A DNA stretch of 64,000 nucleotides from the NCBI GenBank assembly GCA_965197475.1, contig CBDANF010000003.1, forward strand, positions 704,001 through 768,000. The letters are read 5' to 3'. The DNA is from Candidatus Poribacteria bacterium (lineage in GTDB: Bacteria; Poribacteria; WGA-4E; WGA-3G). The notes beneath the pieces were generated by a model that made no database searches, had not been told where the DNA came from, and saw nothing but the letters and a program-made list of their open reading frames with translations. Shown here one piece after another: positions 29,957 to 39,522 of the stretch. Within the stretch, counting starts at the first letter, position 1. Every line of letters starts with the position of its first letter. The translations under genes and the position numbers were made by a program.

Positions 29957-30939
29957 TTGAGTAAAACATAAGGATGTGGTAAAATAGGGAAAAAAGGGTA
30001 TAATTTATGTCCCTTTCTTTCCACTTCAGATACCGCTTTACTTTATGAAAGGTGTTATTATGGCAAACGAGGCTCAAAAATCACCAAAATACAACTGTAT
30101 TCCCAAACAGGTTTCCCGTAAAGATTTCAATCGTTATATCTTACCACATTTAGCGAAACGAGTCAAAGGCCCGAAACCGAAACTCTCCTTGGACAAGATA
30201 TTCAACTATATCCTCTATGTTTTACATACGGGTATTCAATGGGATCAACTCCGAACCCGGCATCCTGAACTCCATTGGTCTAATATCTATAAATGGCATA
30301 ATCGGTGGTCAAAAGATGGCTCGTATCAGAAACTTTTTGAGGCATCAGTGATACACGTGCTTGACACCGACCAACTTGACACCTCTCAACTTCATGGAGA
30401 TGGGTCAAATACCGTCGTGAAAAAAGGGGTGACAGCATCGGTTATTCAGGCCACAAACATCAAAAAGGTGAAAAAGAGTTGACCATCACTGACAATCAGG
30501 GGTTCATCATCGGTCCGATAACCATCAAACCTGTCAACCAACATGGGACAAAGATTTTGCCCGAAGCATTCACCGATCTTATCGCCTTTGCTAATCGTAT
30601 TGGAATGGATCTTAGTGCTTCCGTTCTAACACTGGATTCCGGTTTTGATTCCAAAGAGAATCATAAGATTATCAAACAACACGGGCTGCTCCCGGTGATC
30701 TATCCGAACCGGCGGAATGCCAAAGAACCTATTGTAATTGCCCGTCCGTTCCGGTGGTTTAACAAGAAAATGGACAAAGACCGATATAAAGTGGAACGAA
30801 CTTTTGGTTGGCAAGGGACTTATCGGAAGCTCGCCCTTAGTTATGATAAACTGAAAGAAACCCGTTTAGGTTTTCGTAATTTAGCATATTCAATGATAAA
30901 CTTTCGGAGAACTTTCAATGATTCTTAGCTCTTACTCGC
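29957..30939 (+). mobile_element. IS5-family insertion sequence
   Basis: Imperfect TIRs (GAGTAAAACATAAG vs GAGTAAGAGCTAAG); TA on both flanks; encloses a split DDE transposase. Confidence 0.8.
30045..30928 (+). CDS. IS5-family DDE transposase in two ORFs joined by a -1 frameshift at AAAAAAGGGG (30420-30429)
   Basis: ILYVLHTGIQW and HNRWSKDG; the shifted join reads KKGGDSIGYSGHKHQKG; D(GDGS), D(LDSGF), E(VERTF) triad. Confidence 0.85.
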
Positions 30940-31754
30940 TATGAGTTTTTTATGTCTTGAAAAAGTCCCGAACTTGTCCCAAATTTGACTAATTGTTGCT
31001 TCAGCACCTCCCATTCCTTTTTTTGAGTAGCTTCTATCCGCGTTAGTAGCATTGGAACATCGCTACCTTCTGGATCGTTAAATTCCCGTGCCGGATCGTA
31101 AGTTCGATTAGGTCGTGACCTAATCGGCGATGTACTAAATACAGATAAACTACCAAAGGTAGCCCACGGTCGGTATTGGCTTATTCCAATATAGTGACTC
31201 TTTTTTCTCAAATATTCGTCTAAAGCAATTTCTCTATCAGATTCCCCTCTAAAAATGGGTGAAAGTAAGTTAATAGGAGGTGGGGCTAAGGTGTCAGTAC
31301 CACAAATTATTTGATATTGATTTCGTTTTTCATCATAAGAGGCTAAACGCACAATCTTTTCGATTTGTTCCTCGGTTTCAAGAATGATTTCACCATCAAC
31401 GAATTTTACTCTTATTGAACTGACAGTCGGTTCAATTCTTCCTTTTTTCTCAACAAATTCAACTGTCACTTCGGCATCTTCATTGTTGTATGTGCCAGCA
31501 AACCCAAGTTTAAAGTTTTTCTCTCTTTTTTTACTGTTTCTGACAATATCCTTAAAGGTGCCTAATGAATAAAGATCCGAATTAAAATCTAATTCCCTAT
31601 ATCGTAAATAATCCACTAATACTTGGAAACAAGCGAGCGCAGTCGTCTTGCCGGTACTATTTTCACCAACTAAAAACGTTAGCGGGCGAATTTCAAGTGT
31701 CTGACGTTCTCCGAAACAGCGAACCTCTTCCATTGTAAACTGGGTAATGCTCAT
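30939..31754 (-). pseudogene. Truncated ABC/AAA_21-type ATPase
   Basis: LVGENSTGKT Walker A present; no signature, Walker B or HLHP region; stop codon formed at the IS junction. Confidence 0.7.
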
Positions 31755-32015
31755 CTTGTCACCTCCTCAATCATCATTTGAGACCATGATTTTAAGTATA
31801 ACATATCCTATAAAGGAACTTAAGTTAATTTTCAATTCAAAATTACCTGTACTTTAAAGCTAAAGCGTTTCTATAAACATTCTACCCCGCTGAAACTAAT
31901 TCCAATACAAAAATTAACGCACAATCAAAATGATTACCATTTAATATGGATCTTAAGTTATAATAATTGATTATAGGGGAGAACTACAGAATAAATAAAA
32001 ATCGCAGGAGAAAAA

Positions 32016-33014
32016 ATGAAATCTGTTACATTCCACGGAATTGTCGCTGCAAGGCAAATCATAAATCAGTTTTTACAACCAACACCCTTGAGATACTATC
32101 ATGAATTATCAGAAAAACTCGGATTTGAAGTCTATATAAAACATGAAAACCATCTACCGACAAGAAGTTTTAAGGTGCGCGGCGGCATTAATTTTATGCA
32201 TAATCTGCCTGCTGATCAGAAAAAACAAGGGGTTCTTACAGCAACACGCGGCAATCACGGACAATCTATTGCTTATGCGGCGGCACAGTTTGGTGTAAAA
32301 GCAACAATCGTTGTGCCGCGTGGAAACAACCGAGAAAAAAACAGTGCGATGCGCGTATTCGGTGCTGAACTGATTGAACACGGAAAAGATTTTGATGAGG
32401 CACTCGAATTATGTGACACCCTTCAAGCGGAACGGGGTCTATATTACATTCACCCGTGCATGGAACCAGCTCTCGTCCACGGTGTAGGCACTTATTCCCT
32501 TGAGATTTTTGAGAACCTTCCTAATGTACATACAATTATAGTTCCTATAGGTGGTGGTAGCGGTGTTTGTGGGGCGATCACCGTCGCGAAAGCGATTAAT
32601 CCGAATGTTAAGATCATCGGGGTTCAAGCAGAGAACGCACCAGCGGTGTACCGTTCATGGAAAGCAGGAAAGCATGTAGAGACCGACTCTTGTAATACAG
32701 TCGCAGACGGTCTTGCGACGCGTGTACCGTTCCCGATTCCGTTCTCTATCATTAAAAACGGTATAGACGACATCGTGTTGGTTAGCGAGGAGGAACTCCA
32801 CGAAGCGATTCGATCAGCATTGCGATACACACACAATTTAGCTGAGGGAGCAGGTGCCGCGGCACTTGCGGCGGCGTTTAAACTGTCTGACACGTTGGCA
32901 GGGCAGAACGTGGCAATTGTAATGAGCGGCGGCAATTTGGATATGGAGACTCTTAAGGAAGTCCTAATCGTACCAGTTGTGAATCACGTAAACAGGGGCG
33001 GATTCTTCAATTAA
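32016..33014 (+). CDS. PLP-dependent threonine/serine dehydratase (catabolic type, no ACT domain)
   Basis: KHEN..PTRSFKVRG, TRGNHGQ, PIGGGSG, EGAGAA, SGGN motifs. Confidence 0.9.
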   Translation: MKSVTFHGIVAARQIINQFLQPTPLRYYHELSEKLGFEVYIKHENHLPTRSFKVRGGINFMHNLPADQKKQGVLTATRGNHGQSIAYAAAQFGVKATIVVPRGNNREKNSAMRVFGAELIEHGKDFDEALELCDTLQAERGLYYIHPCMEPALVHGVGTYSLEIFENLPNVHTIIVPIGGGSGVCGAITVAKAINPNVKIIGVQAENAPAVYRSWKAGKHVETDSCNTVADGLATRVPFPIPFSIIKNGIDDIVLVSEEELHEAIRSALRYTHNLAEGAGAAALAAAFKLSDTLAGQNVAIVMSGGNLDMETLKEVLIVPVVNHVNRGGFFN

Positions 33015-33686
33015 TTGGAGTTCCGCCCATTCCGCTGCTTCAACAAATTCGTTCCGCAGCGCATTTGTTAAGTCTGGATGAATATGTAAAGATGCCAAGT
33101 TCCAACGCAGGTTTTGACTGTTTTCTACAAGGACGTTGGCTTCTTCCGCTATGAGGGAGACACGCTGCAAACCGCTGTTTTTTCGGGTTAACCTTAATTT
33201 TGATAATACATAGTGGATCGTTTGTTGCGGGTCTCGCATTTCGGCTTTGTAGTCGGAGTGCTTATCGTTCACGAGATAATGACTGAACCGCATCAGTTTT
33301 AGATTTCCGAGAAACTGATCGGTCTCATATTCTTCAGGACGTGGTAACCCGCCATACAGGATAAGATGTCGGCAGTTATAGGTATCTAACGCGTACTTGA
33401 CAGCTAACTGTCCGTCTGTGTAATCCTTACCTATTTGTCCTATCCATTTCTCAACGATATGTTTCGCTTTAGTTGTGCTTCCTTCGATTGAATCCATATC
33501 CCCAATAAGGACATCTGGCGTAAGGAGCTTGTCCTTGCCAAGATTTAATTCGTCAAATATTCGGATACCTCCATCGGCACAGATAAGAGGGTAACCTTTT
33601 TTTACCGCAAATCCGATTTCTTGCTGGTAAAAGTCCAGATGACGTGTGTCGTAGTATCCGTTAAGGAAGATCAGAGTTGTTTTCAT
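32964..33686 (-). CDS. Thiamine pyrophosphokinase-like protein (divergent)
   Basis: ICADGG, PDVLIGDMDS, KDYTDGQLA motifs. Confidence 0.7.
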   Translation of the reverse strand: MKTTLIFLNGYYDTRHLDFYQQEIGFAVKKGYPLICADGGIRIFDELNLGKDKLLTPDVLIGDMDSIEGSTTKAKHIVEKWIGQIGKDYTDGQLAVKYALDTYNCRHLILYGGLPRPEEYETDQFLGNLKLMRFSHYLVNDKHSDYKAEMRDPQQTIHYVLSKLRLTRKNSGLQRVSLIAEEANVLVENSQNLRWNLASLHIHPDLTNALRNEFVEAAEWAELQLIEESAPVYVIHNWYD

Positions 33687-34587
33687 AAATATTGTATGAT
33701 GGTATCAATTGCGTAGGATGATAGGAGCGTTTAACGCGTTTTAAATTCTCTAATCCTGAATCATCCATAGCGTTTATCCACTTGTAGTTACCCATCAACT
33801 CCATGCAAAATTCTCGGTAAATAAACTGAGCCAGTCCTTTTATAGATAGGTCAGATATTTCAAACAGCACACAAAACGTCTCACTGTTCAATTCGTATCC
33901 GAAAGTATAAGCGCGTATCTCTCCTTTGATACGGACAACCCTACCAACGAGTCCTAATTCCTCCGCATGTGTTATTCCAATCCGATGTGCTGATTTTGAG
34001 TCATCAAGCATCGCTTGATAGATTGCGTCACCATATTTTTCCGAACGTGACATTCGCCATGTCCCATAGAGATTCAAACATGCATCTCTATCAGTCGGTT
34101 GATACGGATCGCATGTTATCGAAGGGAATTGTTTTATAAAAACATTGTAAGCATGCCGTTGCTGTTTGTAACGATCCCCTCGCAACTCACTTAAATCTTC
34201 TATCCTGTAGACATATTCAGTCTCTTTTTGGATGGCATGAAAACCCTGATTTTTAATAGTTGGGAGAAGCTCCTGTGGAACATTCTCAAAACGTGCAATC
34301 TGAGGATTCCGATTTGATTCCAACATAAATTGATACGCATCGCGAACCACATTTAAATAGGCAGGATCCCCGACAGCACAAGGTATCGGCAGAATTGGCA
34401 TAAAATAGTCCTCACCCTGTTTAGCAAAAACACAGAGGTGGTCATGCAGCAGTGTCCAATAAAACTGAAAATGATTTCGCCACACATAAATCGGTGCGAA
34501 CGCATAACTGGATAGGTGAGTGTGCATTTGAGACGCATACACCTCAAAAATGGATTTATCATCAAGGGTTAGGGGATGGAGTTGCAT
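33661..34587 (-). CDS. DUF2156 / phosphatidylglycerol lysyltransferase-like GNAT-domain protein
   Basis: EYVY...DL.EL.G..Y...R, FE......KGL.QFI, IN.MDD.GLENLK..K.SYHP motifs. Confidence 0.8.
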   Translation of the reverse strand: MQLHPLTLDDKSIFEVYASQMHTHLSSYAFAPIYVWRNHFQFYWTLLHDHLCVFAKQGEDYFMPILPIPCAVGDPAYLNVVRDAYQFMLESNRNPQIARFENVPQELLPTIKNQGFHAIQKETEYVYRIEDLSELRGDRYKQQRHAYNVFIKQFPSITCDPYQPTDRDACLNLYGTWRMSRSEKYGDAIYQAMLDDSKSAHRIGITHAEELGLVGRVVRIKGEIRAYTFGYELNSETFCVLFEISDLSIKGLAQFIYREFCMELMGNYKWINAMDDSGLENLKRVKRSYHPTQLIPSYNIYENNSDLP

Positions 34588-35131
34588 GTGTCACATTTTG
34601 ATTGAGCATATAGAAAACCTTTACCGTGTCTTGATAATCGCCTATGAGGCTCCAGTTCTCGGCAATCTGTTTTCTAACTGCTTCTGATTCAACGTAATCA
34701 ATAACGTGCTGCACATGTAACTGAAATGCCTCGGTGTTCAGATGTGCTTCACCAAACGGGCAGAGCATATCCACCCCCAAAACAACACGGCTCCTGTCCT
34801 CATTGAACATAAGAGCAAACGGATAGAGTTGACAGTCAAGTGGACGATTTGCGTAGATAGTACATCTACTCGTTTCCGGTTCAAAGAAAGGGCAAATGTA
34901 AAAATCTTGATACGGTTTTAACCGAATTTGTGTGCTTTTTCCGTCTGCTTGAGGTTGGAATAGAGTGGGGTCTGTACCTTGAGAGATCGCCTGTTGTTTC
35001 TCATTTTCGGTAAAAATAGGCGCGAGCGGACTGTCCGCCTCCAAAAATCGGCAGCACACATCACACGAGAAGCATACTTCACTCGGAATGATTTGGTAGA
35101 GTTTAGGGTTCAACATGCTGTGTTTTTCCAT
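34562..35131 (-). CDS. YkgJ-family cysteine-cluster protein
   Basis: CFSCDVCC, CPFF, CTIYANRPLDCQLYPF. Confidence 0.85.
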   Translation of the reverse strand: MEKHSMLNPKLYQIIPSEVCFSCDVCCRFLEADSPLAPIFTENEKQQAISQGTDPTLFQPQADGKSTQIRLKPYQDFYICPFFEPETSRCTIYANRPLDCQLYPFALMFNEDRSRVVLGVDMLCPFGEAHLNTEAFQLHVQHVIDYVESEAVRKQIAENWSLIGDYQDTVKVFYMLNQNVTHATPSPNP

Positions 35132-35164
35132 ATCTCAACAAGAATAACACATCAATCTGTCACA

Positions 35165-36310
35165 TTATGATTTGAGTACACTTCTGATAGCATCAACCAC
35201 AAGATGCACATCCGATTCAGTCAGCCCTGGATGGAGCGGCAGACTCACGACACGTTCAAAAACTTCCTCAGCATGCGGAAAATCACCGACACTGTAGCCG
35301 TACTGCTTCTGATAGAAATTGAAAAGGTGTAGCGGAATATAGTGGACACTACATTCAATATTTTCTTCGCGCAAGGCTTCAACAAATTCATCACGGTCGC
35401 CAGTGTGCAGTTGAATGATGTAAAGATGCCAAGCATGCTCTGAAGAATCATCTGGTACAAACGGGATGCTGATTTGAGAAACTTTAGCCAATTCTGTTTG
35501 ATAGATATGCGCAAAATTCTGACGACGTTCATGCTGTTTGTTAAGTTTCATTAACTGGCACAATCCCATCGCTGCCTGAATATCTGTCATGTTGTATTTA
35601 TAGCCTTCAGTTGTAATATCATATCTCCAAATGCTACGTCGAGACTGCCGTGCCCATGCGTCTTTGTCAATACCGTGGAGCCGCATTGTTCGGAGTGGTT
35701 CGGCGAGTGCGTCGTCATTAGTGGTTATCATTCCGCCTTCCCCCGTAGTTATATTTTTATTTGCATAAAAACTGAAGGCAGAAAGATCGCCAAGGGTTCC
35801 GATGTATTGCCCCTTATATTCAGTGGGAATAGCGTGTGCTGCATCGTCTATAAGCACGAGATTATAGGTTTGACATATCTCCCGCAATGCATCCATATCA
35901 CACGCAAGACCAGCGATGTGGACAGGCATTATCGCTTTAGTGCACGGGGTTATCGCCTGCTCAATTTTGGTGACATCAATGTTCAATGTTTCGGGATCAA
36001 TGTCTACGAAAACAGGTTTTGCACCGACATATCGGATTGCTTCGGCAGTAGCAGTAAAGGTATAGGGTGTTGTGATGACTTCGTCCCCGACACCGATACC
36101 GGTAACAACAAGGCTAAGATGTAATGCTGCGGTGCAAGAACTCACTGCGATTGCGTGTTGGACACCGAGATATTCGGCAAAAGCACGTTCAAACTCACGC
36201 ACTCTTGCACCAGTACTAATCCATTTAGAAGCAAGCACTTGGCTAACGGCTTCAATTTCAGTTTCGTCAATCCACGGACGACTAAAAGGTATAAACGGCT
36301 TTTGTTCCAC
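35165..36310 (-). CDS. DegT/DnrJ/EryC1/StrS sugar aminotransferase
   Basis: SSCTAALHL, DDAAHA, FSFYANKNITTGEGG, SLPLHP; GTG start. Confidence 0.92.
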   Translation of the reverse strand: MEQKPFIPFSRPWIDETEIEAVSQVLASKWISTGARVREFERAFAEYLGVQHAIAVSSCTAALHLSLVVTGIGVGDEVITTPYTFTATAEAIRYVGAKPVFVDIDPETLNIDVTKIEQAITPCTKAIMPVHIAGLACDMDALREICQTYNLVLIDDAAHAIPTEYKGQYIGTLGDLSAFSFYANKNITTGEGGMITTNDDALAEPLRTMRLHGIDKDAWARQSRRSIWRYDITTEGYKYNMTDIQAAMGLCQLMKLNKQHERRQNFAHIYQTELAKVSQISIPFVPDDSSEHAWHLYIIQLHTGDRDEFVEALREENIECSVHYIPLHLFNFYQKQYGYSVGDFPHAEEVFERVVSLPLHPGLTESDVHLVVDAIRSVLKS

Positions 36311-36326
36311 AAGTGATTCCTTTCAA

Positions 36327-36791
36327 TCATTTATCTAAATTTTCGGTTTCTTTCGGACCAAGAATATGAATCATCGCCTCAAGGGCAAGGATATAACTAT
36401 ACGCACCAAAACCCCCAATGACACCTACCGAAACGCCTGATATATACGAATGATGTCGAAATTCCTCGCGCGCATAAATATTAGAGAGGTGAATTTCAAT
36501 AACAGGCAATGCGACAGTAGAGAGGGCATCACGGATCGCAATGCTGGTATGTGTATAAGCAGCAGGATTAATTAGAATGCCATCTGCCCAGTCAATGTGA
36601 TCTCCGATAATGGAAACAAGTTCACCTTCATGGTTAGATTGCAAGATTTTTAGCGTAACATCGTGAGGCGATGCTGCTACAAACTGATCAAGTGCAGTAT
36701 TGATATCCTTCAATGTTTGGTGTCCGTAAATCTCCGGTTGTCGTTTACCTAAGAGATGTAGATTCGGACCGTGGAGGACGAGGATATTCAT
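36327..36791 (-). CDS. aroQ: Type II 3-dehydroquinate dehydratase
   Basis: LHGPNL.LLG.R.P.IYG, QSNHEG, NPAAYTHTS, EIHLSN...RE.FRH.S. Confidence 0.97.
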   Translation of the reverse strand: MNILVLHGPNLHLLGKRQPEIYGHQTLKDINTALDQFVAASPHDVTLKILQSNHEGELVSIIGDHIDWADGILINPAAYTHTSIAIRDALSTVALPVIEIHLSNIYAREEFRHHSYISGVSVGVIGGFGAYSYILALEAMIHILGPKETENLDK

Positions 36792-36810
36792 ATAACGACT
36801 TCCTTATATA

Positions 36811-36961
36811 CAGGACTTACGCATTCCCCCTTGATAAGGGGGTTAGGGGGTTAAATAGGCAGAATTTGGTGCTTTTATCTCCCCGGACGCTATCGCTATG
36901 GGGCCCCGCCCCCTAAATCCCCCTTATCAGTGGGACTTTTAAACACATTGCGTAAGTCCTG
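36811..36961. mobile_element. MITE, CAGGACTTACGCA family
   Basis: Perfect 13-bp TIRs; ATATA on both flanks; internal GGGGGTTAGGGGG / CCCCCTAAATCCCCC hairpin. Confidence 0.85.
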
Positions 36962-37064
36962 ATATATTTGAATCTTCTGACAATAGTATTGATTTATATC
37001 TAATGTTTAATTTGTGATTGCATTATATTAGAGATACGGTTTGAAATCAACAGAATTTTAATTA

Positions 37065-37198
37065 TGGTGAAATCTATAATTAATGAGACACTAATTCTGT
37101 CCGAGCGATCTCCGAATCGCGACCAACCGCTTTGATAGTCGGGAATCGGAGTTCCCTCCTACAGATCAATGATGTCTAATTAATTCTAAAATCTACCA
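37065..37198. mobile_element. MITE-like element with REP cargo
   Basis: Imperfect TIRs TGGTGAAATCTATAATTAATGAGACA / TGTCTAATTAATTCTAAAATCTACCA; TTA and TAA flanks; internal GGGAATCGGAGTTCCCTCCTAC REP. Confidence 0.65.
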
Positions 37199-37278
37199 TA
37201 ATGTTTGGTTTGTGTGTTGCCTCAATGTTTCGTAGAACGGTTGCCTTCACTGTCAAACTGATGTCGCTTATTGCATGA

Positions 37279-37319
37279 AAAATAACCTACACGTTTTACA
37301 TTTACATGTAGGTTATTTT
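37279..37319. terminator. Intrinsic terminator-like hairpin after the lipoprotein gene
   Basis: AAAATAACCTACA ... TGTAGGTTATTTT. Confidence 0.6.
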
Positions 37320-37339
37320 GTATATCTCCTATTCTAAGG

Positions 37340-38488
37340 TTATTGCTTTGTAAGCCATTCCTTAGCCCATTTGAGGCGGTTAGGTGCGATGATTTTTCCT
37401 CTTTTATTTTCCCATCGACCTATACTCCAGTAGTAGGCGCAGGTCTCCGCCGCGTTTTCATGAAGTTTGGAGGAAAAATACTCAGACCAGTCAAAACCAT
37501 GCTTTCCATGCTCTTCCCAGTCTTTATCTCTCGCTTCTTTGTATGCTTTTCCCTCATCTGTCTCTTCCCAGTTGTGTGTAGTAGCATCTTGCCAATTACC
37601 ATCAATAGCGACGAGAGCGGCTTGGTGGGCATGGGCGATTTCGTGAGCCAGGGTTGACAGAGCTGAATTTGCTGCCCGTGGACCACGAACGGCGAGATCA
37701 CTATCTACTGCAGCTATTCCGTTACCATAACCTCCGAAAATACTTTCATCAAATGATGCCTGAATATACAGCAGGTCATATGGTAACAGTGTTTGCTGTA
37801 GAATGAACCGTACTTTTTCCGGCCACACTTGACCCATCAGTATGTTGCCAGGAGTTTGTTGTGGATCTCTTTCGTAATTTGGAGTAATGCCACCCGGTAG
37901 AGAAGTTGGGCGTGATCTGTGCACTATGACTTCTTTCGTCTCCATGTGCTCTTTCTCAACACGAAGATGCAGCTCATCCCCATCAACGTTTGAGAAGATG
38001 TACTGACCATCTTCATGGGTGGTAGTGGTTTCCCCTGATCTTGGTCCTGATACAATAGTCACAGTAACACCAGATAGGGGGTATGCATAGTAGCGTCTGA
38101 GAGCACGTATAAAATTCTCAGTTTCTACTTTTGGATAAACTTTCGGAATAAAAACACATCCAACAAAGTCTGTTTCATTTTGTGCTAATTCTTCTTTTGT
38201 GTGTTCCGATGCTAACTTGTCACTTGTTCCATCACCATGTGTGAAAAAAACGAAGTGTTCTTCAGGAATTTCTGGCTCAGGCTCAGGCGTTACCGGTTCT
38301 TCCGGCTTTTTCATCTCACCCATCATGCCTGAATCTATCGGTGGTTTTTCTTCTGGCGGTTCAGGTTCTGTGGGTTCCTTAACGGTATGGTTTTCCACAA
38401 CTGGTCCCACCATATCCATTCCTTCATCACATCCACCTATGAATGCCACTATCATTAGTACACTCAAAAACAATGCAAAAACCTTCAT
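37340..38488 (-). CDS. Lipoprotein with Pro/Glu linker, carboxypeptidase-regulatory-like domain and putative zincin domain
   Basis: Signal peptide ending IGGC; PLSGVTVTI...TT..DGQY.F; HEIAH plus downstream ENAAE. Confidence 0.7.
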   Translation of the reverse strand: MKVFALFLSVLMIVAFIGGCDEGMDMVGPVVENHTVKEPTEPEPPEEKPPIDSGMMGEMKKPEEPVTPEPEPEIPEEHFVFFTHGDGTSDKLASEHTKEELAQNETDFVGCVFIPKVYPKVETENFIRALRRYYAYPLSGVTVTIVSGPRSGETTTTHEDGQYIFSNVDGDELHLRVEKEHMETKEVIVHRSRPTSLPGGITPNYERDPQQTPGNILMGQVWPEKVRFILQQTLLPYDLLYIQASFDESIFGGYGNGIAAVDSDLAVRGPRAANSALSTLAHEIAHAHQAALVAIDGNWQDATTHNWEETDEGKAYKEARDKDWEEHGKHGFDWSEYFSSKLHENAAETCAYYWSIGRWENKRGKIIAPNRLKWAKEWLTKQ

Positions 38489-38727
38489 TTTTGCAACCTC
38501 CTTGTAATTCTTTAGATATTATAACAATTTATAAAATACTGTTTTAGCAGTGTCTCATCAATAGGTTTTACTACGTTTCGCATAATGCTATCTTTAACAT
38601 CAGCTGCCGCTTTTCTCTCAGCTGCCATATCGTTCCAATACGAGAACACGTACGCTACGGCAAACACGATCAAGAAGGCAACGACACCGAGAAATACTTA
38701 TTTGTAAGAAAATCACGATGTATCTTA

Positions 38728-38947
38728 TACCAAACAGGACTTACGCATTCCCCCTTGATAAGGGGGTTAGGGGGGTTAAAAAGTCGCTGTTTCAGTGATT
38801 TAACCCCCTAAATCCCCCTTATCAGAGGGACTTTAAGAAAAAATGCGTAAGTCCTGACCAAATTAACCTGATTTGTCGCGCGAGGTCTCTGGGTTCTCCT
38901 CGCAATGCTGCCTTTATCAGAAAAATAATAATCACGTTAATTTGGTA
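38728..38947. mobile_element. TACCAAATTAAC-family MITE whose left TIR is interrupted by another MITE
   Basis: T-ACCAAA[insert]ACCAAA-TTAAC ... GTTAATTTGGTA; body homologous to E1/E3. Confidence 0.8.
38735..38856. mobile_element. MITE, CAGGACTTACGCA family
   Basis: Perfect 13-bp TIRs; 6-bp target duplication ACCAAA; near-copy of 36811-36961. Confidence 0.9.
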
Positions 38948-38950
38948 TAA

Positions 38951-39107
38951 TAACCCAAGTTGCCACCTTTGTAGCATAATCTGTTAGATTGTGCCTATAA
39001 GTGCGCAAACTGACATTGGACGCTACAAAACTTTCGCAAATAATGCACTATTTTTGATTAAAACAGTGTCTACATGTCTAAAATCTTATAGGTAGCAACT
39101 TGGGTTA
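38951..39107. mobile_element. MITE, TAACCCAAGTTGC family, with a GTAG doublet
   Basis: TIRs TAACCCAAGTTGCCACCT / AGGTAGCAACTTGGGTTA; TAA on both flanks; internal TTTGTAGC...GCTACAAA. Confidence 0.8.
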
Positions 39108-39300
39108 TAATATAGCATTGCTCCGCAGAATTAATCTTATTAAGCCCAATATTATATTTTTTATATTTCTATATTATTAGACTTAATAAGATTAATTTTA
39201 CCATATTAAGCAGATAAAGCAAGCAAAAAATGAAATTTAATGTAATTTGGGGGAAATATAGTTGAAATTTGAGGGAATTTAGACTATTTTTTTGCAAATA

Positions 39301-39433
39301 TAGCGAAACCAAAAATTACTGATACACTGTGTTAGGTTCGGTTTCCTAACCGAACCGTGTTTATCCAGGCTCCAGATGCGGTTAGGAAACCGCATCTACC
39401 AGAGTAGTGTTCATATATTCTTAGGTTTTACTA
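39301..39433. mobile_element. MITE-like element, TAGTAAAACC family, with a REP doublet
   Basis: Imperfect TIRs TAGCGAAACC / GGTTTTACTA; hairpins GGTTCGGTT..AACCGAACC and GATGCGGTT..AACCGCATCTAC. Confidence 0.65.
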
Positions 39434-39522
39434 AAAATCAGTTAGAAATCATCAACCGAATCATCAACCTGTCTAAACCCTTATGTATTGTAGGTTTTTA
39501 GTATAATCATCAACTAAATTCG

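Noticed and set aside
29957-30939. IS5 transposase as the mobiliser of the MITE families
   Set aside because: Its TIRs (GAGTAA...) match none of the MITE termini seen here.
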